A stretch of DNA of 64,000 nt, from NCBI GenBank assembly GCA_000091205.1, contig AP006500.2; one strand, written 5' to 3'. Both the position numbers and the translations under genes were made by a program. The stretch comes from Cyanidioschyzon merolae (Eukaryota). The number at the start of each line of letters is the position of its first letter. Position 1 is the stretch's first letter. Positions 20,279-31,703 of the stretch are shown piece after piece. The notes below the pieces were generated by a model, which had not been told where the DNA came from, made no database searches, and worked only from the letters and a program-made list of their open reading frames with translations.

Positions 20279-22891
20279 ATGAAGCCTAGCTTACCTCCTG
20301 TTCCGCTTGGAGCATGTGCAATAACGACGATGCGGCCGAGAAACCGAATACGAGCCCAGCTCGACCTTTGGAACGAAAGAGTCGGTGAATCGGGACTTTT
20401 TTTCTCTCTCCTAGTCGCGTACTGGTGTTCACAAGCGTGGTTCTTCGTGTACGGCGTTAAATATGCGCTTAGTCTGGCGCTTCCTTCCGATTGGTCTCGG
20501 TATATGCTGATCTTTGGCAGAGGTTTTGGATACGTGGCAACGTTCAACGCGTTGCTTCTTCCTATAACCGTGAACCGAACCCTGACCAATATCTTGTACA
20601 GGCTGCCTCTGTACGATATTTTTAGCGTAGCCCGATGGTTGCCGGACCTGCACGCAATCATCGCGCGCTGGTTCACAATCGCAGGCTGGATCCACGGCAT
20701 CCTGCTGAGTGTCGCTTACGGCGTTGGGACGCTTCCGTTCCGCGGCGGCTTCTTGCCCTTTTCGAATACGATCCCCACGACGATGGTTTTTGTAACCGGA
20801 TGTGCCCTGATGGCGTTTCTGCTAGCGATCGTGCTGCTCTCTCTGGGGAGCGTTCGTCGGCGAGTCTATCGCGTATTCTGGGCGAGTCATGTGCCGCTAG
20901 CGATTCTTACCTATGCGGCACTCGTTTTCCATGGTCTACGGGGCGGCCGCCTCTGGTCCGTCTATTTTTTTGGGTTGCCGGTCGTACTCTACATACTGGA
21001 TAGGCTGTATCACAGCTTTGCTGCTGCCTTCACGCCACATCGAGTTCTGTCTGTGGAGCTGTCGCATAAGAATTCGAATGTGGTTCGTCTTGTCCTGGAA
21101 CGCAGGGGTCGCAAGTTCGTTGCCGGCCAATACTTCAAACTGGCCTGGAAATTTCACGTTTGCTCGCACCTGGCTGTCGCCGGAGAATGGCATCCTTTCA
21201 CAGTGGCCAGTTCACCTTTGCTAGACAAAGATCGCATCATTTTTTTCATTGCCGCAACCGGGAAGTGGACGAATGCATTGCGAGCATTGGCTCTACAGCA
21301 ACACCAGCAACAGCATGACGAGAATCTCGAACACGCATCATCCACGAGTCCGACACCGAAATCCCTCGCTACTGAGGCAATGCCTCACGCTGTGGACAAG
21401 TCGAGCATAACGACGTGTTTGCCTATCAACCGCCGGTGGATTCTGCTTTCGGGGCCGTACGGCGCTCCTGCGCAGAGTCATCAGAACTTTGCGCACCAGC
21501 TGCTGATCGGCACTGGCGTTGGTGCCTCGCCAATGTTCTCCATCGTGCAGGAGCTCTGCGGTCGAGCGACGCCCTGCGACAACAACAACAACAAAGACGC
21601 AAGCCTAGAATGCAGCGATGTGTCCACCGGAGGTGACCTTGAGAACGGCACCCTTGCGTCGGTATCCGATACGACATCTCCGACGAGGGAAAGCACCGAC
21701 CTGCCCAACTTCGAAAAGCTGAAAGCGTCCACAACAGCGAACGATTCGAGCTCCGAAGTGGTTCCGAGCGTGCAGGCTCTGCCGCCGGTGCTAGCGGCAC
21801 GTCTGGGCACCCTGCGCGGTGACACTTTCCTGGATCGCTTCTCCGCTGCGGTGCTCAGTAATCTGTGGCTCTTCTCTATCCTGTGGATTTGTCTGGCCGA
21901 CCTGACCGTGTCCATCTGCGCGTCGGCGTTCAGTCACATTGTCGCATTCATTGGTAGCCTTGCTCTGTTCGTGGTCATCTTGACGATGATTTGTCTGACC
22001 GTGATTGCGGATATGAGGCTCAGCGTGAATCCGCCCCGCTGGCACTACGTTCTGCTGCTACGAGGCATCCTGCTGCTGTTGTGGTTTGCGGTGGCTCTCA
22101 CAAACGCAGTCCTCTGTAGCCTGCTTATCGTGGAGTACTTTCTGGCTTCCAACGATCGCATGGCGAGCATCAGCAAGTCAAGCGAATGGCTCTTCGTGAT
22201 GGTTGTGACCCCAGTGCACATTACGATTTTCGTGCTTCTGCTTTTCTTCTTCTTTCTACCGCGTTCATGGACCTGGCGCACGACGGTAACAGCGAAAGTT
22301 TTCCGTCGTTGCTTGCAAGGCTCCTGGGACCACCAGCAGCGTTCCAATAAAGTTGTGAGCGACGCTCGCAACGCGGAATGGAACGCTTTCTCTCACATTC
22401 GCACCGTAACGTTCGTCTGGGTAGTGCGCTACGTCGAAGACCTCTGGTTTCTCGAAAAGCTCTATGAACTCGCTTCTCAGCAGGATGCCAGTGATCCGTG
22501 TCGACCACGGTTACGAATTCATGTTCATATTACCCGACTTGGACACGACGACGCCGATCCGGTAAGCAGCAGACTCCCGGCGAATTGCGGCGAGATTCTC
22601 CAGTTCCATTGTGGTCGACCCGACTTTGGCGAATACGTCGCGGAATTGGTGAACGAGGACCACGACACCACGACACCGCTAGCCGGACGCGGGAAACCGG
22701 GCGCACCTGCAAGCATCAGACGCTTCCAACGCACGCGAGCCTTCTCGAACAAAGTGCATCATGGCATCTTCTTTTGCGGCGGCAGGTCTGTTGTCCGCAG
22801 CGTGCACCAGAGCATTCGTGCGGTAGCAGCGGCACGGGCGGCTCGAGGTTTGCCTCAACGCAATGTGTTCTTCATGAAGGAGAACTTTTAA
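20279..22891 (+). CDS. NOX-type NADPH oxidase (ferric reductase superfamily) with a large hydrophobic insertion in the NADPH-binding domain
   Basis: It has heme-binding TM histidines. The FAD motif is HPFTVASSP and the NADPH motif is LLIGTGVGASPMFSIVQEL. NOX signatures follow: RTVTFVWVVRYVEDLWFLEKL, then GIFFCGGRSVVRSV, ending FMKENF (NOX2 ends NKENF). About 280 aa with 4-6 predicted TM helices sit between the GxGxxP motif and the VxFxW motif. The ATG is at 20279. Confidence 0.75.
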   Translation: MKPSLPPVPLGACAITTMRPRNRIRAQLDLWNERVGESGLFFSLLVAYWCSQAWFFVYGVKYALSLALPSDWSRYMLIFGRGFGYVATFNALLLPITVNRTLTNILYRLPLYDIFSVARWLPDLHAIIARWFTIAGWIHGILLSVAYGVGTLPFRGGFLPFSNTIPTTMVFVTGCALMAFLLAIVLLSLGSVRRRVYRVFWASHVPLAILTYAALVFHGLRGGRLWSVYFFGLPVVLYILDRLYHSFAAAFTPHRVLSVELSHKNSNVVRLVLERRGRKFVAGQYFKLAWKFHVCSHLAVAGEWHPFTVASSPLLDKDRIIFFIAATGKWTNALRALALQQHQQQHDENLEHASSTSPTPKSLATEAMPHAVDKSSITTCLPINRRWILLSGPYGAPAQSHQNFAHQLLIGTGVGASPMFSIVQELCGRATPCDNNNNKDASLECSDVSTGGDLENGTLASVSDTTSPTRESTDLPNFEKLKASTTANDSSSEVVPSVQALPPVLAARLGTLRGDTFLDRFSAAVLSNLWLFSILWICLADLTVSICASAFSHIVAFIGSLALFVVILTMICLTVIADMRLSVNPPRWHYVLLLRGILLLLWFAVALTNAVLCSLLIVEYFLASNDRMASISKSSEWLFVMVVTPVHITIFVLLLFFFFLPRSWTWRTTVTAKVFRRCLQGSWDHQQRSNKVVSDARNAEWNAFSHIRTVTFVWVVRYVEDLWFLEKLYELASQQDASDPCRPRLRIHVHITRLGHDDADPVSSRLPANCGEILQFHCGRPDFGEYVAELVNEDHDTTTPLAGRGKPGAPASIRRFQRTRAFSNKVHHGIFFCGGRSVVRSVHQSIRAVAAARAARGLPQRNVFFMKENF

Positions 22892-24736
22892 ATGCCGCAC
22901 GAAGTATGGTAACCAAAGAACATCGTTCTCGTTTAGGAGATCACAGCGCCGTATGGTTGGGAAGTTTGTTAGCGAAAGGAAGTCCCTTGTTCGCGACTTT
23001 TCCAAAAGCGGGTGGAGGAGATGCCCACATCGCGTTTCGGGACGACCTAGAGCGTCCTGGATGCTCCTTTGGATGCAGCCTATCGAATGTAGCTGCTGCG
23101 TAAACGTTGCTTCAATGAAACGGACGCCGGACTGGACCAGTGGAACTGACGACAATTCGGGCGAAAAATTCCGATCCGCTGTTGTACGCCAAGCGCGACC
23201 GCCCATGCTTCCGTGTTGCCTATATCCTCTATCCATGGACAAGCGCACGCGGCTGGATAGGCTCCTCCATGCAGGAGGCGAGTTATCCGCCAAAGCATCC
23301 AAGCGATGATACATACAGACCGCCACGCAGCACGTATGTGCAGTTGGTACGGCGCCCGCAAGGTCATCCGGTCGATTGATTGATCGATTCTCAGTCCCCG
23401 AATGCCGCAGAGAACAAGCGACTCGCGGAATGCATAACCGTCTGTGAAAGCATGCTGAGCGATTCCCTGGTTAGAGGCAGCAAATACGCTGCCCGAGGAA
23501 TCCGATCAAAGTCATCGATCTTGTACCATCAAGTGCAATACCACCACTTTTGGACGTCGGGCTGAACAGTGCCGACCTACGCTAGCAACGTCGTCCCTTT
23601 TAGGAACGAGGCAGAGGCGGCCTCTGAACCGGCGGCATTACTCGAGCTCGCCGTGGCGCCCTGCTGGATCTCCCGACACGACTACGTCACCAGGCAACCT
23701 GGAATACAACCGGACGCTTGTCGAAACGCTTCCGTTTTCCTTGATATGCCTTGTGCTGCATTCCGTCGAGCATGCTCCACGTGAGCCGATGACGCCTGTT
23801 ACCGTTACCAGCCATTGTAGGCGCCTGATGCAGCACTTGCCTCTGAACGCTTGCAGACTTTGCAATCCTCATGGAGTGCGCGTTTCGTGTGGGCGATCAT
23901 GGCTTGGAAAGTCGCACGCCCGTCAGTGTAGATCGTGAGAGCGCTCCGCGATGTGCTCAGCTTGTAGCCGTCGAGCACTTTCGGGTAAAAGCTGAAGCAA
24001 TGCATATCGATATGCGGCGTATTCGCGAACGAAAACTCGCCTGTGGTGCCAACCGCACGAAAGAGCACCTATACGTGCGACCGTTTTCGAGAACAGGCTT
24101 CATGCCCGAGCGCCGGTCTCCATACCAACGATGACCATAAGCGGGAAGGTTCAGGGTCCCGGGCGTGCCCTGCGGATACCGAATCCGTGATCGAGCAACC
24201 ATCTTCCAACCGGTGCGACTGTGCGGCAGAGAGAGACCGGGAGGCCGTCCGTTCCGGTTCTCCCGCAAGTACCATGCCAGCTACGCAGTGCATCCGCGCC
24301 ACCAGCAGCTGCTTTCCTGGGAAGCGATGCCATTCGCCGATCGCCAAAGACCTTGTGAAACGCATCGGCCGTGTTCTCTACCGGAGCTCTGAACCAGGGA
24401 TCGCACGAGCTGCCCGCAGCAGTGCTTTCCTAACCCATAGTCATTCAGCTTGCGCTCCAGCAGCGGCTGTGCAACACTCTGTGTGGTGCGAATCGAGGCC
24501 CCAGATTGCATCTGAAACCGCGCACAACTCTCGAGCGCATTGTTTCCCGATAGGCGCTAGGGACAACGTGACCATGCCAGTTTGCTCTTGAGCCGCACGC
24601 ACATACGTATGAAACCTCCACAGTACACTGATACGTACACACACGTATACGAAGTGGCAATCCGTATGCATGCAGCTCTTCGACGCTCGAGATATCTACG
24701 TGTGCCCGGGGATTCCCCAAGCCGCTCCGGCTACGT

Positions 24737-25846
24737 TCACGCTCGCGATCTCGTTGCAAGCAGTAGCGCACGAATATGGCGTGCACAAATGAGAATACCG
24801 AAACGTCCCAGGTCAGTATCTGCCTTGTGTGAAGAGGACCACTTGCATCGACCTTCGAGGATGCCGATCAAGCGAGGATCCGCATCTTCTGCGTTCGCCG
24901 CTGCCTTCGAGCTCAATGTTGACACCTCTACCACCGGGGCACCGCAAAGTCCCCATTCCAGACGCTCGTTGCTCTCGATCATATGCCGACCTGCACAGGC
25001 TTCGCCCAAATGTGTTGAAATCCGCAAGCTCGGGTGTAAATCACAGAGCACCGCGCGCCTCTCTGTATAATAGAGCGCCGCCTTCCCGAAGGCATCGAGT
25101 TCTTCGGGCCCTTGACCCTGCGACTGCTCCCAGCCACTCAGCTGGACTTGAACGCCAGGGGCCGGCGATGCGCACTGCTCCGTTGAAATCCTCATTCCAT
25201 AGGAATGGGGTTCGGCCCCGAGACTAGCGATCATCGCTTGTGGATCTCGGATGCGGAGCATCGCAACGTCATGACCCGCGGGATGGAACACCACCATCGA
25301 TGGATCCCCCGGAGCATGCTCGCGTGGCAGCTGTAAGTCCGCCGACGTCCGTTGATGTGTCGCCATTACCAACACCTCCACCGGCGCTATCGAGGGTGCC
25401 CCAGCGATGCCACTCTGATGCGCACCCGCTGACGTAGCCGGGACGCACGTACTGCTAGGCAACAAGTGCGTGTTCCGAATGCGCAAAGATGCGTCCGCGT
25501 CCTCCAGTGCTGCTGGAACGTCTCGATCCAGGGTAGCGCCACCCGGCCCGATACGATGAACGGGCCACGCGAGCCGTAACGCACCGTCCAGCGTACGAAA
25601 CTCTAGCACATGTCGGCAGTCGATGTCGCGGACGTATTGCAGCCAGCCTTGGGGGAAGTAGTGTCGAAAGCGTTGTGGCGCCGCGACATGAGCTGATACA
25701 ACAGCGTGCGCGAAGCTCGCGCCTTCACTGTCGCCATGTACAAAACAGCCCGAGCCGCGGGCGAGTAGTTCGAAGCTGGACATGCCGAGACGTGCGCTTC
25801 GGAACCACGAAGCGTACGACAGTACTGATGCGAGCTGCTTGGCCAT
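24737..25846 (-). CDS. Hypothetical protein (369 aa)
   Basis: A long ORF. The only motif noticed is WGLCGAPVVEV near the C-terminus. Confidence 0.3.
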   Translation of the reverse strand: MAKQLASVLSYASWFRSARLGMSSFELLARGSGCFVHGDSEGASFAHAVVSAHVAAPQRFRHYFPQGWLQYVRDIDCRHVLEFRTLDGALRLAWPVHRIGPGGATLDRDVPAALEDADASLRIRNTHLLPSSTCVPATSAGAHQSGIAGAPSIAPVEVLVMATHQRTSADLQLPREHAPGDPSMVVFHPAGHDVAMLRIRDPQAMIASLGAEPHSYGMRISTEQCASPAPGVQVQLSGWEQSQGQGPEELDAFGKAALYYTERRAVLCDLHPSLRISTHLGEACAGRHMIESNERLEWGLCGAPVVEVSTLSSKAAANAEDADPRLIGILEGRCKWSSSHKADTDLGRFGILICARHIRALLLATRSRA

Positions 25847-27162
25847 TCGCGACGGTTCCAGTTAGGTCCTGGTGCCAACCAGAGCGCTTTTGAAGGAAAG
25901 GATCGTCCCCGAGGCCGGGGTCTGCTGAGAACTCCAGCCCTGTCCGAGGCAAACGTGGACCGTTCGCGTCACCGTTCAGTGGACGGGGGCTCCATTCATT
26001 GTTGCAGCACGCACTGCCAGAGAGCCTGATCGTCCAGAGTAACTTGTACCGAAGCCGCTAACGCTCAACCAAAGCTCCGGCACGGCGGACTCCAGGGTAT
26101 CCAAAGTGGGAAGGTTTGTCGCTGCACTGCGTCAAACAGTTTCCTAGAGCAAAGTTGCGTTCCAAGTCGGGTCTTCTCTAGTCTTGCAGGTCAATAGTGT
26201 TCCGCACCGGACGTGTGTCAAAGCGTGCGATTTCATGGTAGAGAGCATGCGATCGAAATCACGATGCAATATACCATACAGATCGTGGACGAAATGCCTG
26301 TACGACATATGCTTTACTGAACAGTACAAGGAGGACTGCAATCTTTCTTCGGGTGAGTCGTACATCAGTGCTCAAATGGCTGAGGATCACTGCAAGAGAG
26401 AAGGATATGCTCTCCGTGCCAAAAACTGATATGTTCAAAGTCTGCTTCCAGTCTATGGCAGGGAACGGCCCGTTGATCACCTTACGGAAAGCGAAAGCGA
26501 CGATAGCGGCTGGCACAGGCATCCCTGTTTCACAACCTCTTGTTCGCGTGGTCCTTAAAACACTGGGAAAAAAGTCGTAATAAAACAGTCCTAGTTCACG
26601 AACGCCCATTTTCCACCGAAATCGCATCTGCAGTATTCCTGGAGCGTTGAGATCCGCGTGAAGCGCGTGGACATTGGTTTGTTTTTTCAGTCGACGAGCC
26701 TCCCTTCGGACGAAACGGTCGGGACGTACATGGGTATTCGGGGTGAAGGGAGCTTGGTGTCCAAACGATTGAACTCGGAGAGATCGACAAGATCCTCTGT
26801 GGTCGTTACAAGGGATTCATCTGGCGGCCTCAGTTTCGCTCTTGCAGAATACTCAGACAACAGCACCCGCTATGTCGAATCATCGAAGAGTTTTCCCTGG
26901 CGTTTGGTGACTTGATTGAAAAACGTGGTATTTCACCATTCGCCTTGCATTCGAGCGTTTGCCGATTCTATCAGGGGTATAGCTGTTTTCCATTCCTTCG
27001 TAGAGTCCATGGTTCAACCACGCATCGACGGATGATTTTCTATCGCGAAGCGTATTGATCGCTCCACTGGGCAAATCGCTGGAGCGTTCACCAAGGTGAG
27101 CCGGGGGCAAATGTCGACTTTCTTCCTCAAGTCCCTCTCACGCCGAGAAGGCCCTCAACTAG

Positions 27163-27559
27163 GGACATCACGCAGTGCATTCATTTTCAAAAATAAGAAA
27201 TCTAATGGATGCGCTGGGTTGTACACCTCAAAAGGTTGGGATGGAGAGAAGGCAGTGGAGCGCTTCGGCGATTGAAAAGCACGGAGAGCTGACAGAGCAC
27301 CAAACGGCACTGAGGGCAAGAGTTCGAGGAATCCTTGCAATGATGAGTACCACCAGCATCAGTAATCGCATGGAATTCGTAAACCGAGGCTTCAACGCTG
27401 CTATCCATATCAGACGATGTACGTTGTTGAAGACGAGACCCGGGGATTTGAGGCGAACCAACTTCCTGGGGCAGCCTCTGATGCTCGAAGTGTGCCTAAA
27501 GAAACTGATTCCGATCGCATGCGGCAGATCAAAAAGACTGGGCGGCGCCCGTCAGTTGG
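27163..27559 (+). mobile_element. Non-autonomous internally deleted Fanzor-family element (copy C)
   Basis: The 5' start of the ORF is retained (ATGGATGCG...). The ORF 27175-27564 encodes RARVRGILAMMSTTSISNRMEFVNRGFNAAIHIRRC, colinear with the copy A C-terminus. It ends with the 3' module gatcgcatgcggcagatcaaaaagactgggcggcgcccgtcagttgg. Confidence 0.65.
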
Positions 27560-28358
27560 TATGAATTCAGTCTGTATTCATTTATAGGAACAGAAACGAA
27601 CCTTTATTTAGGAGCGAGATAACAATCCCGTTCTCTATCTACGATAAGCGTTGATAGGGGGAAAGTTTCCGCATGGTCGAGAGTTCGCCTTCTAGGCGGA
27701 AGGCCAGCGAGACGGACGAGTCTACCAAGCTCGTGCTTCATGCTTCCTCCAGTGGCAAGTGTTTTAGTGAGATCTGAGCAGCTCGTCCGCAAAACGCAGC
27801 TCATTCTGGGATCAGGTGCAGTTAGGCTGCATCTGGGCGTCGCCCTGGTCGCAGTGGACTCCTAGGATATCGCTTCACGCTGCCGCAGGCTGTACGTCTG
27901 CCAGTGCAGCTTGCAGGCTCGCAGAATGATCATATACTTCGACTCCGTATCAGGTGAAGCGTTCCTCGATCCGACGTGCTCAGTGGCGTGCCAAAGCCGT
28001 TCTATCCCCATGATACATCTGCTCCAGCGATATAAGCGCCACGGCGAGCGCACAAAACAGGTACTCGGTGAACGATACAACATACGAAACGGCCAGTATA
28101 TCCGAAAGCAAGTATGGGAGATGGAAATTCAAGGTAGTTGCTTCATGACGGGCGCTTTCCCGAAAGCCATGATCCATCCCGCAATCTGGGATTCACGGTC
28201 TATGTAAACGTATTTGCATCGAAAAGGAATCGGACATAAGTGCGGGAACCGCTTTCTGTCGAGAGCGACGTTCCCTTGTATGCCCGTGGCCTCCTCTGGC
28301 TGTGCACGGTCTTCATGCGTCGTTCGCTTCCATCTTTTCCTGATTTGAGACGCTGAGG

Positions 28359-29885
28359 ATGCACCGAACATACCCAGGTGCCCTGGACAGTGTCTCGCGT
28401 TGGTTACAGCAGCAGTCTCGAATGGTGCCCGCCGAACAAGGCTCTCAGCTAAGAGCTTTCATCAACTTCAACCAGAGCGACGCGGCGCGTTTACAACAGG
28501 TTTACGAGGAAAAGCTAGTGCAACGACTCGCAGCTGAACAGCGACTACAGCAGGTTCGTCAACAACTAGCCAGTGCCCAGGCGAGACTGCTCCAGCTCGC
28601 CGCTGCTGCTCCTGCTATCGAGTCGGACGCTGATCCTGCTGCACAAACCCGCCGGGTATATCGCTTTTTCCGCGACGCTCAAACAGCTGTTTATGGTGAC
28701 GAGAAACCGGCACGGCGAAGTCGGTACCGACCTGAGCCAGTTCGCAGCGAGCAGGCAGCACCAGCATCGACTTCTCCGCTTGCAGTCGATCCGACGCTCG
28801 AGCGCGTATCCAGTGTCAGCAACCAATCCCATAGCAGCGGAAGCATGCCCGATGCGGACGATGCTCGAGCTCCCTACGCAAGCGCTTCGCTCGCGGCAAA
28901 AGTCACCGAGCCGCCTCCGAGTATACACTGCGCTATCATTGCAAGGGCCATCACCGCGTATCGAAAACGACGCGAGGCGCCCCGTCAACCGAACCTGAGC
29001 GACTGCTTGCCGCCAGCAACCATTCGGATAGCAGCACCAGGAGGCGGAGGCGGAGCGCAGGAGCCAACGATATCGAATATTCACATCGGAGACTGGGTCT
29101 GGGTCATCTCCTACCTAGATCGGAATCATGGGTTGTGGCGGTGTCTTGTTCGACCGCCGCGATACCGTGGTCAAGGCCGATTAGGGGTCTTTGCGACGAG
29201 GTCTCCGCATCGCCCAAACGCGATCGGTATCTCCCTGGTGCAAGTCTTCGATATGCAGCCAGCGGTCTCGTCAGCGTCGAACGAGGCGGCCACAGTGGAC
29301 CTCATTGTACGCGGTTGCGACCTCCTGAACGCGACACCGATTCTCGGCATTGAACCCTATCAGCGTGCGTTGCACGATCAGCCGCGAGCGCGAGTTGGTT
29401 GGCTCTCGACGGAAACAGCGCTCACGATGCCCATCTGGGATGATCTGCTGGCATCAGAGGCAGCACGGGTGCCAGTGCGCGTACTCTCCGACGTGGTTCG
29501 TGACAAGCTGCAGTGGCTCGTTGCTCACCTACCGGCAGTGGATATCGAGGCTCGCCTGCGCGCCGTCGCCTTTGCTCAACAACAACAACAACAACAACAA
29601 CAGAAACATGAACATGCAGCTGCGAAGACCGGTTCGTCAATCAACTGTTGGCTACCTCCTGGTGATAACGGACGAGATACACTATGTTTGGGTGCATATC
29701 GACTCCGCTACCGCTACGATGAGGCGTCGGGAACGTTCTACGTGCTCGATATTCAGTCCGGTTTGCGAGCTGCTGTTCTCCAGAGTCCAGATGAGCGCCA
29801 AACTGACCCGGAAGTTGCCGAACACTGGGCATTCTGTGAGCGCTTTGAGTGCTTTCCTGCGAGCACGCCAGCACCAACACCATGA
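28359..29885 (+). CDS. TrmO/TsaA-family tRNA methyltransferase-like protein with a long coiled-coil/low-complexity N-terminal extension and an internal polyQ
   Basis: The TsaA-like core is IGDWVWVISYLDRNHGLWRCLVRPPRYRGQGRLGVFATRSPHRPNAIGISLVQVFDM. A (CAA)n run at 29575-29610 encodes polyQ. The ATG was verified at 28359. Confidence 0.65.
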   Translation: MHRTYPGALDSVSRWLQQQSRMVPAEQGSQLRAFINFNQSDAARLQQVYEEKLVQRLAAEQRLQQVRQQLASAQARLLQLAAAAPAIESDADPAAQTRRVYRFFRDAQTAVYGDEKPARRSRYRPEPVRSEQAAPASTSPLAVDPTLERVSSVSNQSHSSGSMPDADDARAPYASASLAAKVTEPPPSIHCAIIARAITAYRKRREAPRQPNLSDCLPPATIRIAAPGGGGGAQEPTISNIHIGDWVWVISYLDRNHGLWRCLVRPPRYRGQGRLGVFATRSPHRPNAIGISLVQVFDMQPAVSSASNEAATVDLIVRGCDLLNATPILGIEPYQRALHDQPRARVGWLSTETALTMPIWDDLLASEAARVPVRVLSDVVRDKLQWLVAHLPAVDIEARLRAVAFAQQQQQQQQQKHEHAAAKTGSSINCWLPPGDNGRDTLCLGAYRLRYRYDEASGTFYVLDIQSGLRAAVLQSPDERQTDPEVAEHWAFCERFECFPASTPAPTP

Positions 29886-30227
29886 TCGACGACTCTGGGT
29901 ATTTGATAGTCGCTTGCAGTACAAAAGGCCCAGCGACTGCACCACAGCGTCCGTCAGTGGTGGCCCATGCGTGTGTTACGCTTTCGCGTAGGTGTTCGCA
30001 ATATGCAAGTCTCGACAAGATATACGACCGGAAAGCATGCATCTCGCTGGGTGCTCTCCGTTTCCGTACATATATGTACGAGAGAGACGCGGCGAAATAT
30101 TGTGCAATCAATGGATATTACTAGTCAATATGTACAACCAGGAAACGTTTGCCCAGCTGGGGCGCTGCGATACGGGCGTGCTAGCCGCTACGTCCCGCCT
30201 GCCTCCGCCGTCCATGTCGAGTGCACC

Positions 30228-31564
30228 CTATGCGTATAACCTGTGGACGGGGCGAAAACCGCACAGCACGCTGCGACCGTCGGAAGCAATAACCCGTACG
30301 GTGTCATTTGGCTCAGCAGTAGTCGGAGCTGCTGTCCATGCCCCGAGACTTGGTCGTTGTCCATTACGGGAAATAGGCCAGTCGGCAGTCAGGGCGTAGG
30401 TACGCGCGTCCCAGAATCGAATGGACCCATCGAAGCCGCTAGAAACCAGAAACGCACGAGGTGATTCACCGCTGGAGGACATCTCGTGACTTCCGGGCAG
30501 CATTCCGAACGCCAGACCGCTCAGTGCCCCAGAGTGTGCTGGTATCCAGTACAGAGGCGACCCCTGGCCGGTGCCTAACGAGCCACTCGATGTTTTTGTC
30601 GCCCCATGAAAGCCACACTGTCGCACATCCCAGATCGCAACGATACCCGATGCAGTAGCACTGGCCACATGCCAGCCGTTTGGATGCCAGCGGACGAGTA
30701 CCTGCCGATGCCCCAGCGTTGTCGATGCCGGTGACGCGAGAGGGCCCGAGTCCAGGCCGAACACTTTGGCAGTTCGAATGTCCCAGAAAGCTGGTCCGCT
30801 CCAGGTTGCTGCGAGGGCAACCAACGCACCATCTGGATGGACGTCGACGCTCGATAGCAGAGGCTGCGACGCGAGAGCGCTCCCGGATGCAGCACCTGCT
30901 ACATGCACCTGCTCGAGGATTCGGAAACCGCATGGCTCTGCTGCGTCCATGACTGCGAGTCCAAGCGAGGCTGCTGCATCGCAGGCAACGAAAGCAGGGA
31001 CGCGCACATGAGCTGGTAGAAACGAGATGCCTGTAATAGCGGGTAATGCTGTCGCAGTCGATGAGCACGATGTGACGAACAGGGGAGCAGGTTTCCAGAC
31101 TCGTTGTCTGGGATGCGCTTCCTGCGGGAATGCGTCTCCCAGTTGCATATGCGCTTCCAGTAGCGTGACCGTCCCATCTGCAAAGCCGGCAAGACTGAAG
31201 AACTTGCCGTTTCCGAGTCCAGTCGCTGCCGTGCTCTCTGGAGCTGCAGTTGACGGCAGGTGTGCACGTACCAGGGCCGTGACTCGCCCCGCACCACCCT
31301 CTCGGAGCAGCGACAAGGTCACTGGAGCGTCCGCTGCGGGCGCGGCCGGACTAGAGGTGTCCGACAACGACTGCAGATGCAGAGGCCAGCGTCCTAGCCA
31401 TACGCGGCCTGCGAGGTCACCGATCAGCACCACCAGCACCAGCGAAGCGTCTACTGAGCCGCCCGCAGAAGCGCTTCCCAAAGCTACCGGTAGCAGCTGG
31501 GTCGTCACCCGCAACGAGGACTCGTTCAGGGTGCCCTTCGCTGCGAGTTCCCAGCTCGTCCACG

Positions 31565-31599
<35 letters not shown>

Positions 31600-31703
31600 G
31601 GTTGCCAGGGTTTGGCGTACAGCGTGGGCAGCCAGTGTGCTCGCCGTGCTGCGGCTTGCCGGAAACTATCCTCGGTGAGCTGTGCTCGAAATTCGTGACT
31701 CAT
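30228..31703 (-). CDS. WD40-repeat protein with an N-terminal polyglutamine tract
   Basis: WD-like repeats are GIVAIWDVRQCG and GSIRFWDARTYAL. A (CTG)n run at 31560-31600 on the plus strand encodes polyQ on the minus strand. The ATG is at 31701-31703. Confidence 0.65.
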
